From: an uncultured Bdellovibrionales bacterium
Lineage (GTDB): Bacteria > Patescibacteriota > Minisyncoccia > Moranbacterales > DUUL01
DNA: 30,390 nucleotides
Assembly: GCA_964391875.1 (NCBI GenBank)
Contig: CAYMNT010000001.1
Location: 1-30,390, forward strand
Direction: 5' to 3'
Shown here: one piece after another, positions 1 to 9,406 of the stretch
Position numbering within the stretch: position 1 is the stretch's first letter
Layout of the letters: every line of letters begins with the position of its first letter
The notes under the pieces: model-generated
Told to the model about the DNA's origin: nothing
Seen by the model: only the letters and a program-made list of their open reading frames with translations
Database searches by the model: none
Position numbers and translations under genes: made by a program

Positions 1-156
1 CCCTGTTTTAATGACCGGCTCCATGGAACCGGATTTAATTACCATTAAATTATAATTAAATTTGGGCAATATCATTGTAGCCAATAAAAACATTACGATA
101 ATTATTGCTACAATCACTATTAAATTTTCAAAAATTTTTATTAATCTATTTATCAT
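1..156 (-). CDS. sipW: Signal peptidase I, SipW/S26B type (5' part only; runs off the window edge)
   Basis: Not in the ORF track. My translation from ATG at 156 is MINRLIKIFENLIVIVAIIIVMFLLATMILPKFNYNLMVIKSGSMEPVIKTG, open to base 1. It has an N-terminal TM helix followed by the V-x-SGSMEP catalytic-Ser motif of SipW-like peptidases, and it lies next to a protein with a SipW-cognate signal peptide. Confidence 0.8.
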   Translation of the reverse strand, partial: MINRLIKIFENLIVIVAIIIVMFLLATMILPKFNYNLMVIKSGSMEPVIKTG

Positions 157-201
157 TTCCAATAATTATTTATCTTCTTTTTCAGTTTTTATCTTCCCTC
201 A

Positions 202-241
202 TTTTGCCAATTGATTATATTTATATTATCAATTGGCAAAA
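202..241. repeat. Perfect 14-bp inverted repeat with a 12-nt spacer
   Basis: ttttgccaattgat (202-215) and atcaattggcaaaa (228-241) are exact reverse complements. Confidence 0.85.
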
Positions 242-268
242 GAGAGGCAGGAAATTTCCTGCTTCTCT
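238..268 (-). terminator. Putative intrinsic terminator after the TasA-like gene
   Basis: Minus strand reads AGAGAAGCAGG-AAATTT-CCTGCCTCTCT (10 of 11 bp paired), then a short U run. It starts 7 nt after the stop codon. Confidence 0.55.
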
Positions 269-274
269 AATAAT

Positions 275-904
275 TTAATTGGTAGCTTGTTTCATAGTCA
301 CAACAAAATCACCCATCACTGCATCTGTCATAAAAATATTATCTGCTGGAGCATTATTATTATCAACTTTCCACTCTGCCCTAACAGTAACTTCTTGACC
401 AGGACTAAATTGTCCCGGCACACTAATTGGAGTTGGTATTGTTTTTAACTGTGCCAAAGTTACTTCCGGACTAACTGGAGTTGAGCCAATAAAAAACTGT
501 ACTTTTACATGCTCGCTTAACTCTCCTTTGTTGGCACCAACAAAAGGTGGTGCAGTCGGTAAATTAGCCGTATCTGAAATAAGAGAACAGCTAGGATCTT
601 GTCCTTCATTTTTCTCTGGCTCAACGCACCAATTTTCATAATCAATCAATGACGCAGCTGTTACCTCCAATGTTGCGTTAACATTGGGAGAATCATTCTT
701 AATTGTTATTTCAGCCGTTCCTGTTTGACCGGGAACAACATTACTAATCATAATAGGTTCTGAACCTAATGTCATATCCATATAACTGGCTTGCATATAA
801 TTACCCTCTGAAGTTTCACTATCACTCCAAAGAGCATAAGAACTTACTCCGGCAATAGCTGATACAGTAGCGATGGCCAACAAACTAAACATTATTTTTT
901 TCAT
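275..904 (-). CDS. TasA/CalY (camelysin, M73-family)-like secreted protein with a SipW-cognate signal peptide
   Basis: The likely start is MKKIMFSLL at 904, not the GTG at 961. The signal peptide ends ...GVSSYA|LWSDSETSEGNYMQASYMDM, matching the TasA-type pattern (T/S)-(W/Y)-A-x-(F/W)-x-D...(A/G)-x-x-D. Family-like motifs SNVVPG and ITIKN are present and the chain ends in MKQ. Confidence 0.75.
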   Translation of the reverse strand: MKKIMFSLLAIATVSAIAGVSSYALWSDSETSEGNYMQASYMDMTLGSEPIMISNVVPGQTGTAEITIKNDSPNVNATLEVTAASLIDYENWCVEPEKNEGQDPSCSLISDTANLPTAPPFVGANKGELSEHVKVQFFIGSTPVSPEVTLAQLKTIPTPISVPGQFSPGQEVTVRAEWKVDNNNAPADNIFMTDAVMGDFVVTMKQATN

Positions 905-1047
905 AGATTTTAAAATTAACTTATTAATTAAGTTTAATTTTTTCAAAATTAAACCCTTCACGTTTTAGGACCGTCGTCCTCGACCTTTATTTTTTTTAAT
1001 CTCTCTAATGTATTTTTTATATTTTTTTTCTTCTAAAAAATAAAAAC

Positions 1048-1069
1048 CACGATAAAGTAAAATATCGTG
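1048..1069 (-). terminator. Possible terminator downstream of ftsZ
   Basis: cacgata/tatcgtg forms a 7-bp stem with an 8-nt loop, followed by T-rich sequence on the minus strand. Confidence 0.35.
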
Positions 1070-1186
1070 TTTTAAAAAATAAAAATAACTTTATTTCCTT
1101 TTGTCTTAAAAGCAAAACAATTCAAAATGTTTCTTCTCATTTTTATTTATTTCTTTATTGGTATTTATTATTTAACCCACTCAGTT

Positions 1187-2431
1187 CTATTTTCCTAATT
1201 TTTTTCGAATAAAAGCCGGTATTTCAAGATCATCTTCTCCGGTAGTTTTTTCTTCATCTTGAATAATTAACTGTTTTTTTTCCTCCTTATCATCCTTTTT
1301 AATTTTGCGTTTAACCGTTTTAAGTTCTAAATTATTATTTTTTTTAGCCTCCATTCTTTCGGCAGAAAAATCATCATTGAGCTTAAACTTTTCTTCCTCT
1401 TCTTCAATCTCCGGCTCAGTCAAACGAATTTTCTTCTGTGGTGATATAATTTCCCCGGTCTCACCGGAGGAAAATTCCAAATCAAATCCGGTAGCCACCA
1501 CCGTAATTCTCACCTCTCCTTTTTTAAGACTGTCATCCACTGAAGCTCCAAAAATAATTCTGGCATTGGTATCAATACTCTCGGTAATAATTTCTGCCGC
1601 TTCATTCACTTCCATCATAGTTAATTCATCGGAACCGGAAATATTAAATAACACCCCCTTCGCTCCATCAATGGAAACATCTAATAGAGGAGAATTGATA
1701 GCCGATTTTGCCGCTTGACGAGCTCGATCTTCTCCGGAAGCTACTCCGATACCCATTAAAGCACTTCCGCTATCTTGCATCACCGCACTCACATCAGCAA
1801 AGTCAACATTGACCACACCCGGTTTAGTGATTAAATCAGAAATTCCCTGTACTCCCTGTCGTAAAACATCATCCACAATAGCAAAGGCATTTACCAACGA
1901 GGTGTTTCTATCAATAATCTGAAGTAATTTATCGTTTTGAATGGTGATTAATGTATCTACTCGATCTTTCAAATTTTCAATTGATTCATTGGCAATGGAT
2001 GAACGTTGTTTTCCTTCAAAGGAAAACGGCCGTGTCACTACTCCCACAGTTAATGCTCCTGCTTCTTTAGCCGCTTCTGCCACCACCGGACCGGCTCCAC
2101 TTCCCGTTCCTCCTCCGGCTCCATAAACGATAAAAACCATATCGGTGCCTTTTAATGCCTCCTGAATTTCGTCCCTATTTTCTTCCGCCGCTTGACGTCC
2201 CAATTCCGGATTCATCCCCGCTCCCAAGCCTCTAGTTAAATTTTTTCCCACATGAATTTTTTCATTAGCTTTGCAGTGATGCAAATCTTGAGCATCTGTA
2301 TTAATAGCTACAAACTCAATTCCCTTGAGTTTACATTCCACCATTCGGCTAACTGCGTTAGAGCCTGATCCTCCCACGCCTACTACTTTTATTTTAGCAA
2401 AAGTTTCTACGTCTGGTTTTATTTCCGCCAT
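1187..2431 (-). CDS. ftsZ: Cell division protein FtsZ
   Basis: IKVVGVGGSG, INTDAQDL, the tubulin signature GGGTGSG, NVDFADV and the C-terminal core peptide LEIPAFIRK. Confidence 0.99.
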   Translation of the reverse strand: MAEIKPDVETFAKIKVVGVGGSGSNAVSRMVECKLKGIEFVAINTDAQDLHHCKANEKIHVGKNLTRGLGAGMNPELGRQAAEENRDEIQEALKGTDMVFIVYGAGGGTGSGAGPVVAEAAKEAGALTVGVVTRPFSFEGKQRSSIANESIENLKDRVDTLITIQNDKLLQIIDRNTSLVNAFAIVDDVLRQGVQGISDLITKPGVVNVDFADVSAVMQDSGSALMGIGVASGEDRARQAAKSAINSPLLDVSIDGAKGVLFNISGSDELTMMEVNEAAEIITESIDTNARIIFGASVDDSLKKGEVRITVVATGFDLEFSSGETGEIISPQKKIRLTEPEIEEEEEKFKLNDDFSAERMEAKKNNNLELKTVKRKIKKDDKEEKKQLIIQDEEKTTGEDDLEIPAFIRKKLGK

Positions 2432-2476
2432 TGATTTAAATTATTTTTTGAATAAATGATAAGAAGTAAGTTTTTA

Positions 2477-2504
2477 ATCTTAGCAGAATGATTGAAATAG
2501 TCAA
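2477..2504 (-). promoter_or_regulatory. Putative sigma70 promoter for ftsZ within the ftsA-ftsZ spacer
   Basis: TTGACT-N16-TAAGAT with an extended-10 TG dinucleotide. Confidence 0.5.
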
Positions 2505-2510
2505 GTAAAT

Positions 2511-3776
2511 TTAAGGTAAAAATCTCCCCACCCATTGACGCACAGTTTTAACACTGTCTCTCATTGAACTAACTTTACCGGAAAAACCGCCTTGTTTCAC
2601 AACCGCTGTCTTGGCTATTTCTTCCGCATCCTCCATCACCCAAAGCGCCATTCCCACCGCTACGGCAAAAGTGGGGCTACCCACTTTATCCACTAACCCC
2701 GTTAGTTCTTTTGGAAATCCCATTTGCGCCGGTAATTGCATATTTTTTTTGGCTAAATCAACTGCTCCATTTAAACAAGCTCCCCCTCCACAAAGAATTG
2801 CTCCGGCTGGCAAAAGAGCACTCCGATTAATCTTTTTTAATTCCTTTTCAGCCAAGCTAAAAATTTCATCTAAACGAGCTTCAATAATTTCCGCTACGTG
2901 ATGTCGTGAGACTATTCCTTCCTCTGCTTCATCAAAATTAGCTAAATTAATCTCGTCTTTTTTGCTGATTTCTTTGGGTAAAGCAGAACCATATTTAATT
3001 TTCACCTTTTCCGCCACATCTATGGAGGTGCGTAATCCTATGGCAATATCGTTGGTAATATGATTTGAACCAACCGGCAAAATTGCCAAATGAATTAATT
3101 CTTGCTCCTCATAAACCGCCAGAGAAGTGGTCCCTCCTCCCAAATCAATCATCACCGTACCCAATTCTTTTTGTCTTTTATTTAATACTGCCTTAGCGGC
3201 TGCCAAAGGTGTTGCAATAAATCCATCAATTTCTAAATCAAGCCTTTCAAGACATTTCTCTAAATTACGTAAATGACTACTGGCCGTATAAATGGCCAAA
3301 GCTTCCATCTCCAGTCTTACCCCATTCATTCCCACCGGATCTTTTATTCCTTCCTGGTCATCTAATTTAAAAGCCTGAGGTACCAGATATAGTATTTCAA
3401 AATTGGCCGGCAAATTAACCGCCTCCGCCGCACCCATTACTCTTTGCACATCTTCTGCTGAAACCTCACTATCCGCTCGCCCAACGGCCACCACTCCTTT
3501 AGTGGGTATACTATTTAAATGAATTCCTCCCACGGAAACATAGACTGAATTTATTTCCACCCCCGAGCTAAGTTGTGCCTCCTCCAAGGATTTTTGAATT
3601 GGTTTGGTGGCTTCTTCAAGATCAACGATAGCTCCTCGTCTCATCCCTTTAGACTGAGCCTCGCCCACTCCAATAATTCGTAATTTATTATTGTCATCTA
3701 CCAATTGAATTACCAGTGATCGCACGGTAATTGTCCCAATATCTAGAATAACAATATATTCATTTTTTATCCCCAC
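2511..3776 (-). CDS. ftsA: Cell division protein FtsA
   Basis: LDIGT, the actin-fold motif DLGGGTT, LCGGGA and a C-terminal amphipathic helix (VRQWVGRFLP). GTG start; directly upstream of ftsZ. Confidence 0.98.
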   Translation of the reverse strand: MGIKNEYIVILDIGTITVRSLVIQLVDDNNKLRIIGVGEAQSKGMRRGAIVDLEEATKPIQKSLEEAQLSSGVEINSVYVSVGGIHLNSIPTKGVVAVGRADSEVSAEDVQRVMGAAEAVNLPANFEILYLVPQAFKLDDQEGIKDPVGMNGVRLEMEALAIYTASSHLRNLEKCLERLDLEIDGFIATPLAAAKAVLNKRQKELGTVMIDLGGGTTSLAVYEEQELIHLAILPVGSNHITNDIAIGLRTSIDVAEKVKIKYGSALPKEISKKDEINLANFDEAEEGIVSRHHVAEIIEARLDEIFSLAEKELKKINRSALLPAGAILCGGGACLNGAVDLAKKNMQLPAQMGFPKELTGLVDKVGSPTFAVAVGMALWVMEDAEEIAKTAVVKQGGFSGKVSSMRDSVKTVRQWVGRFLP

Positions 3777-3919
3777 AACCTTTTTTTTAATGATTATATT
3801 ATCGTTTAAAAAATTTTAAAACTTTTATTTTTAATTAATTTTCAACTAAGAAAACTTTTTTTATTCCCTAAGGTAATTATAAACATTTTTTGCTAAAAAG
3901 CCAATTTATATTTTTACTC

Positions 3920-5179
3920 CTACAACCAATTAAATAATAAACTGAAAGCTAGGATAATAAGCAATAGTCCGGCAATTAAACGCATCCATTTTCTAAAAAT
4001 TAATCTTTTCTCTTCAATTTTTTCCACCTTGCTCCAAGCTAAAGCTACCGCCAACACAATTAATAACGAAGGTAATGTATAAAATAAATTATACCAGATT
4101 AATGGCCCATAGGGAAGAAGAGCGCGCTTGGTTAAAATAGTCGTATAAGCCAAAGGAATACCGGCGGTGCAAGGAAGTTCCACTAAACCGGAAAATAAGG
4201 CCAACAAAAAAGCACTGGGAATAGTTCCCCGTTTAATTAATTTTTCAATTTTTCCTTTAAAACGATCATCTATTTCAAGGGAAAACCAACGACCATAAAA
4301 GAAAAAATCTTTCAACATAATCAATCCGGCAAAAAAGGAAAAAGCTATCACTAAATAACGTATGGCGTTAGAAATTTTAAATATATCAGTTATTTTTATA
4401 ATCCCTAACATAAAAACAAAATAGAGCCCGAAAGTGGTTAACACAAAAATTAATCCTGATTTAAAGGCCTTTTTCCTGGAACCCACCGCCAATAAATAAG
4501 TCAATAAGAAAATAAGTACCGAGAACATACAAGGATTAATTCCATCGGCCAAACCCAATATTATCCCTAAAAAAATAATTGATTTTTTTTCTAAATTAAT
4601 ACTTTTTCCAAAAAGCATTAATTTATTGTTTTTCTCCCCTTTCTCTTCAATAACCTTGTCTGTTGATGCAAGTTCTTTTTTAATGATTATTTTGTTATCC
4701 CCTAAAGGAGTCAAACCAAATAATTTATCCATCTTACTCGGACATTTTACCTGAGAACATTCTTTAATTTTTTTTTCAATTAATTTACCGGTAGTTTTTT
4801 CCGTACCGAAACCATCAATTATTTCATCACCGATAATCAACACCGGGATACCGACAAATTTACTTTTATCATATTGTTCGCTGGCCTGAGAAAAAAGACT
4901 TTGCGCCTTAAACCCTTCAGTCAGTTCCACTCGATGTATTTCTAAATTGGGAAAATCTTTTGCTATTTTTTTAAGAAATTTATCTTCCGCTCTGCAATGG
5001 GGACAAGTTTTACTGTGAAAAGCAAAGACTCTGACACTATAAACCGAGATATTATCATTTTGTTGTGCTTGAATATTTCCCACCTTTAAAAATAAGCCCA
5101 GCAAAAATATTAATATTAAGCTGAATATTAATTTATTGTTTACCACTTTATTGAATAATTGTTTCCAATTTAAATTCAT
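3920..5179 (-). CDS. Thioredoxin/glutaredoxin-fold domain (CPHC) fused to a CcdA/DsbD-like transmembrane domain
   Basis: N-terminal hydrophobic signal or anchor, a CPHC motif and a GIP loop, then about six TM helices carrying the Cys pair DGINPC and VELPCT. Confidence 0.8.
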   Translation of the reverse strand: MNLNWKQLFNKVVNNKLIFSLILIFLLGLFLKVGNIQAQQNDNISVYSVRVFAFHSKTCPHCRAEDKFLKKIAKDFPNLEIHRVELTEGFKAQSLFSQASEQYDKSKFVGIPVLIIGDEIIDGFGTEKTTGKLIEKKIKECSQVKCPSKMDKLFGLTPLGDNKIIIKKELASTDKVIEEKGEKNNKLMLFGKSINLEKKSIIFLGIILGLADGINPCMFSVLIFLLTYLLAVGSRKKAFKSGLIFVLTTFGLYFVFMLGIIKITDIFKISNAIRYLVIAFSFFAGLIMLKDFFFYGRWFSLEIDDRFKGKIEKLIKRGTIPSAFLLALFSGLVELPCTAGIPLAYTTILTKRALLPYGPLIWYNLFYTLPSLLIVLAVALAWSKVEKIEEKRLIFRKWMRLIAGLLLIILAFSLLFNWL

Positions 5180-5226
5180 TTGATTTTTATTTTTTTAATG
5201 ACCAGTAATAAATTTTTAAAAATATT

Positions 5227-6780
5227 TTAATAATCCTTTAATTTTTTACTTTCCTGCCGGTCTCTTATTTTCTCCAGAGCCTTCGCTTCAATTTGACGAA
5301 TACGCTCTCTGGTCACTCCAAACTCTTGACCAACCTCTTCTAAAGTATGAGGTACTCCGTCTTCCAAACCAAATCTAATTTGTAATATTTTTTGTTCTCG
5401 TGGTGTTAGATATTGTAACGACTCTTTTAAGTGCTCTTTCAGCAAAGTGCGTGCCGCTTCTTGATTGGGCATCACTGACTCAGTGTCTTCAATAAAATCA
5501 GCCAAGACACTATCGCTATCACTACTCCCTCCAACGGAAACTTCCAAAGAAACTGTTTCCTGAGAAATTTTCATAATATGCCTTACTTTTTCAACATCCA
5601 AATTCATTTCAGAAGAAATTTCCTCCGGTAACGGTTCCCTTCCCAATTCCTGAACTAAACGGCGTAAAACTTGAACGTATTTATTGATCGTTTCCACCAT
5701 ATGAACCGGGATACGAATAGTTCTTGATTGATCAGCAATCGCCCTAGTCACCGCTTGACGAATCCACCATGTGGCATAGGTGGAAAATTTATAACCTCGA
5801 CGATAATCAAATTTCTCCACCGCTCGAAAAAGTCCGATATTTCCCTCTTGAATTAAATCCAAAAAAGATAGCTTGCGACTTCTACCAACATATTTTTTAG
5901 CAATGGAAACTACCAACCTTAAATTAGCTTCTGTTAATCTTTGTCTGGCTGCTTGGTCTCCTTTTTCAATACGCTTAGCAAGCATCACTTCTTCTTCCGC
6001 CGTTAGTAAACTAACTCTTCCAATTTCTCGCAAATACATTTGCACTGAATCAGTTAAATTTGCCAACACTTCCTGTTTTTTATCTTCTTTCTTTTTCTTT
6101 TTTTTCTGTTTTTCTCGGTTAGCTTCCCGTCGAGCGGTTTCATTTTCTATTTCTTTTTTTGTTACTTCTTCCAGCGTCAATAAACGAATACCTAATTTTT
6201 CCAAACGATCATATAATTTTTCCAATTCATCAATATTTTCTTCAACACTTCCCATGGCATGCAAAATTTCATCTTCCGTAACAAAACCTCGCTGTCTTCC
6301 TCTTTCCACCAATTCTTTAACTCTTGCTTTTTGACTTTTTCCTTTTTTCTTCTCCTGATTTCTTTTTTGACTTTTATTAATTTTGTGCCGATTAGCTTTT
6401 TTATTTACCTTTCTAACTACTCTCTTGCTGGTTGCCTTTTTTGTTCTCTTTCTAACCGTTTTTTTGACTTTTCTTCTGGTTGATTTTGCTTTTTGCTTGG
6501 GTTTAGTTTTCCGTGTCACTCTCTTTCTGGTTGCTTTTTTCCGCGAAACATTTTTTCTTTTTTTGACCACTTTCTTCTTTGCCAGTTGCCTACGACTTGT
6601 TTTTTTTCTTTTTTTCACTGGCCTTCTCTTAGTTATTCTTTTTTTCACTTTCCGTGTAGCGATTTTTTTCCGAGTAGTCGGTTTTCTTTTGGTCGTTTTC
6701 TTCCTCGTTTTTCGTTTCCCCCTTTTATTTTTTTGGGTTTCTTTTTTGGCTCTAGTTGTTCTTTTTTTCTTTTTGGCCAT
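5227..6780 (-). CDS. rpoD: RNA polymerase primary sigma factor (sigma70/SigA) with a ~150-aa Lys/Arg-rich N-terminal extension
   Basis: Region 1.1 ([13 protein letters not shown]), 1.2 ([11 protein letters not shown]), 2 ([19 protein letters not shown]) and 4.2 ([20 protein letters not shown]). Follows dnaG. Confidence 0.97.
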   Translation of the reverse strand: MAKKKKRTTRAKKETQKNKRGKRKTRKKTTKRKPTTRKKIATRKVKKRITKRRPVKKRKKTSRRQLAKKKVVKKRKNVSRKKATRKRVTRKTKPKQKAKSTRRKVKKTVRKRTKKATSKRVVRKVNKKANRHKINKSQKRNQEKKKGKSQKARVKELVERGRQRGFVTEDEILHAMGSVEENIDELEKLYDRLEKLGIRLLTLEEVTKKEIENETARREANREKQKKKKKKEDKKQEVLANLTDSVQMYLREIGRVSLLTAEEEVMLAKRIEKGDQAARQRLTEANLRLVVSIAKKYVGRSRKLSFLDLIQEGNIGLFRAVEKFDYRRGYKFSTYATWWIRQAVTRAIADQSRTIRIPVHMVETINKYVQVLRRLVQELGREPLPEEISSEMNLDVEKVRHIMKISQETVSLEVSVGGSSDSDSVLADFIEDTESVMPNQEAARTLLKEHLKESLQYLTPREQKILQIRFGLEDGVPHTLEEVGQEFGVTRERIRQIEAKALEKIRDRQESKKLKDY

Positions 6781-6818
6781 ATTTTTTAAACTAATTAACT
6801 TTAATTAGGATGATTAAT

Positions 6819-8594
6819 TTATTTTTTAAGTTTCTTTAATTCCGCTAATAAAATTTCCGCCGCCTCTTCATCTCCCGCTTCTTCCGCCCGTTTAATATCT
6901 AAAGTTATTTTTTTAGCCTTTTCCACTTTAACTTCTTTTTTCAATTCATTCACCGTTAATTCCCATTCCTCTAAAGGATTGATTTTATTTTCACTTAACC
7001 CACTCTTATCGTCATAACTATATTTAACTTTAACTGCTAATTGATTGAGTTTATTTTCATCTTTCTCTTGGTTGTTTTCCTTTATTGACTGCCAAATAAT
7101 TTTGCTCGGCTGACTAAGTATTTCTGTTTTAAAATCAGCTATTTTCGCCTTTAGCTCATTGGGAAATAAAATAAACAATCCGAGAAGTTGTTCTTCTAAA
7201 ATATCCTTCCTTGTCTTTCTTTGTTCTTTTTCCGGTTGTTTGTCTTGTTGAGTCGGAAAATCATTTTCCGATTTTTCTGATAAATTACCTTTGGTTTCGG
7301 AATTAAGTTTAATCTTTTCTAAAACATCCGTCAATACATCTTCTTCCACCGCTATTTTTATCGCTAATTTTTTAATCCAATAATTTTTTTCTATCGGATC
7401 ACCAATATGGCTAATGATGTTAAGTAGCTGACTGGCTATTTCTTTGCGTTCTTTAATATTTTCCACATTATACTTTTTGAAAATTTTAGCAAAATAATAT
7501 TCCATCACCGGCTGTGATTTTTGAGCTACTTCTCGCCATTCTTCCGCTTTCTTCTCAACCAATTCTCCCACATCTTTTATATTTCTCGGTAAAGTTATTA
7601 TTTCCACATTCATTCCCAAAGAAAGACAAACTTCAATACTTTTCTCTGTCGCTTTTTGTCCCGCTTCATCCATATCCAAGCAAAGCTTAACCTCACCGGC
7701 ATAACGTTTTAAAACCTTAACTTGCTCCGCCGTGAGCGCTGTCCCTGAAATGGCCACCACATTCTCCACTCCCGCCTGATGAGATAAAATTACATCCGCA
7801 TTCCCTTCCACAACAATCACCTCTCCTTTTTTTCGTACTTCTGCTCGTGATTGATAAAGTCCATAAAGCACTCTGCTTTTATCATAAATCGTTGTTTGAG
7901 GAGTGTTAATGTATTTAGCATTATGCTCGTCGCCACCGGGAGCTATACGCGCCGAATAGCCCACCACTTTTCCCGTTATATCTATAATCGGAAACATTAT
8001 TCTGTCCCTAAAACGATCATAATATTTACTTTTCCCTTCTTTCTCCACCAATAATCCGGTTTCAAGAATATCCTTTACTTGATAACCCTTATTTTTTAAA
8101 TATTCCAAAATAAAACTCCAAGCGTTTGGAGCATAGCCCAAGCGAAATTTTTTTATCACTTCTTCTCCCATACCACGCTTCTGAAGATATTCTCTTATAT
8201 CTTTTGTTTGTTTATGTTTTAATAAATAATATTCATAAACTTTAGTGGCTAATTCTATAATTTCCGTTATTTTCTGTCTTTGGCTTTTTCTTTCTTTATA
8301 TGCTGGACTTATTTTTGGTAATTCCACGCCGGCTCTTTCCGCCAATCTCTCTAATGATTCCCTAAATTCTATTCCCTCCATCTCTTGAATAAAAGTAAAA
8401 ATATCTCCTCCCTTTTGACAACCAAAACAATACCAAAAATTCCTTTCCGGATTAACCATAAAAGAAGGTGTTTTTTCGTTATGAAACGGACAAAGTGCTT
8501 TATAATTTGATCCGGCTTTTTCCAGTCTCAAATATTCCCCCAACAGCTCCGCCACATTTATCCGCTCTTTTATTTGCTCGGTAACATCAGACAT
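6819..8594 (-). CDS. dnaG: DNA primase
   Basis: Zn finger CPFHNEKTPSF...CFGC, YDRFRDRIMFPI, KYINTPQT, TOPRIM motifs VEGNADV and DMDEAG. Confidence 0.98.
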   Translation of the reverse strand: MSDVTEQIKERINVAELLGEYLRLEKAGSNYKALCPFHNEKTPSFMVNPERNFWYCFGCQKGGDIFTFIQEMEGIEFRESLERLAERAGVELPKISPAYKERKSQRQKITEIIELATKVYEYYLLKHKQTKDIREYLQKRGMGEEVIKKFRLGYAPNAWSFILEYLKNKGYQVKDILETGLLVEKEGKSKYYDRFRDRIMFPIIDITGKVVGYSARIAPGGDEHNAKYINTPQTTIYDKSRVLYGLYQSRAEVRKKGEVIVVEGNADVILSHQAGVENVVAISGTALTAEQVKVLKRYAGEVKLCLDMDEAGQKATEKSIEVCLSLGMNVEIITLPRNIKDVGELVEKKAEEWREVAQKSQPVMEYYFAKIFKKYNVENIKERKEIASQLLNIISHIGDPIEKNYWIKKLAIKIAVEEDVLTDVLEKIKLNSETKGNLSEKSENDFPTQQDKQPEKEQRKTRKDILEEQLLGLFILFPNELKAKIADFKTEILSQPSKIIWQSIKENNQEKDENKLNQLAVKVKYSYDDKSGLSENKINPLEEWELTVNELKKEVKVEKAKKITLDIKRAEEAGDEEAAEILLAELKKLKK

Positions 8595-8830
8595 TTATTG
8601 AAATAATATAAATTGGTTTTTTAGCAATCGCCTTTAATTGCTCCGGTCTTCTATTGCTTACTCTTTAAAACCATTTCTTTTTACCAAAAAACCTCTTTCT
8701 TGGCAAAAATTAATCTCTTCCCAATTAATCTATTATTTTCTTAAGTTATTCAACTTAAGTATTTCACCAAACTCAACAAGCCGATTTTAAAAACCGATTA
8801 AAATTCAACAAACTTTTTATTAAAAAGAAA

Positions 8831-9202
8831 TTATTGGTGATTTCTTTTTAATTCATCTCTAATTTCCTTTAAAAGAGTTACTTCCTCTGATGGTTTCTTC
8901 TCTTTAGTTTCTTCTTCTTTTTTAAATTTGTTTAGTGCCTTGACTACCATAAAAATGGCAAAAGCAACAATTAGAAAATCTACCACTGTCTGAATAAAAA
9001 CTCCGTAATTTAATGTAGCCTTACCAAGTTCTACCGTTAAATCGGTAAAGTCTACTCCTCCCATTAATAGACCAATAGGAGGCATTAAAACATCTGCCAC
9101 AAAAGAAGAAATAATCTTCCCAAAAGCGGCACCGATGATGATACCCACTGCCATGTCCATCACATTACCTTTCATGGCAAATTCTTTGAATTCTTTAAAC
9201 AT
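8831..9202 (-). CDS. mscL: Large-conductance mechanosensitive channel
   Basis: [37 protein letters not shown] and C-terminal LLKEIRDEL. Confidence 0.98.
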   Translation of the reverse strand: MFKEFKEFAMKGNVMDMAVGIIIGAAFGKIISSFVADVLMPPIGLLMGGVDFTDLTVELGKATLNYGVFIQTVVDFLIVAFAIFMVVKALNKFKKEEETKEKKPSEEVTLLKEIRDELKRNHQ

Positions 9203-9370
9203 TTTTTTTATTAAAAAATTAATTAATAAAGTTATTCTAACTGATTAATTAAATTTGTCCAGGCAATTAATCCATTAAAAAATATCCATAGTTATCAATT
9301 AGACCTACCGGATTATAAAACTACGATATTTTTTCCGCTGATAACTATTTTTACACAGAAAAACAGTAAA

Positions 9371-9406
9371 TTTAACTGATTATTTAACTGATTATTTAGC
9401 TGATTA
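9371..9406. repeat. 12-bp tandem repeat, three copies
   Basis: tttaactgatta / tttaactgatta / tttagctgatta. Confidence 0.8.

Noticed and set aside
233-448. Plus-strand 71-aa ORF, and the other plus-strand ORFs in the track (e.g. 1305-1718, 2611-2901, 5873-6334, 17824-18150, 20194-20721)
   Set aside because: They are antisense shadows of well-supported minus-strand genes, with no recognisable motifs.
905-961. Longer N-terminus for the TasA-like protein from GTG 961
   Set aside because: The signal peptide begins cleanly at MKKIMF (904); the extra 19 codons are AT-rich leader sequence.
6383-6808. Very hydrophobic Phe/Leu/Val ORF that looks like a membrane protein (also 6259-6483 and 6493-6789)
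   Set aside because: It is the reverse complement of the AAA/AGA-rich RpoD tail, which automatically yields Phe/Leu-rich stop-free frames.
8595-8830. Coding-like fragments (VEFGEILKLNNLRK, INWEEINFCQERGFW) and a cttaagtt/aacttaag palindrome upstream of dnaG
   Set aside because: Multiple stops and no recognisable family; cannot be told from chance without a homology search.
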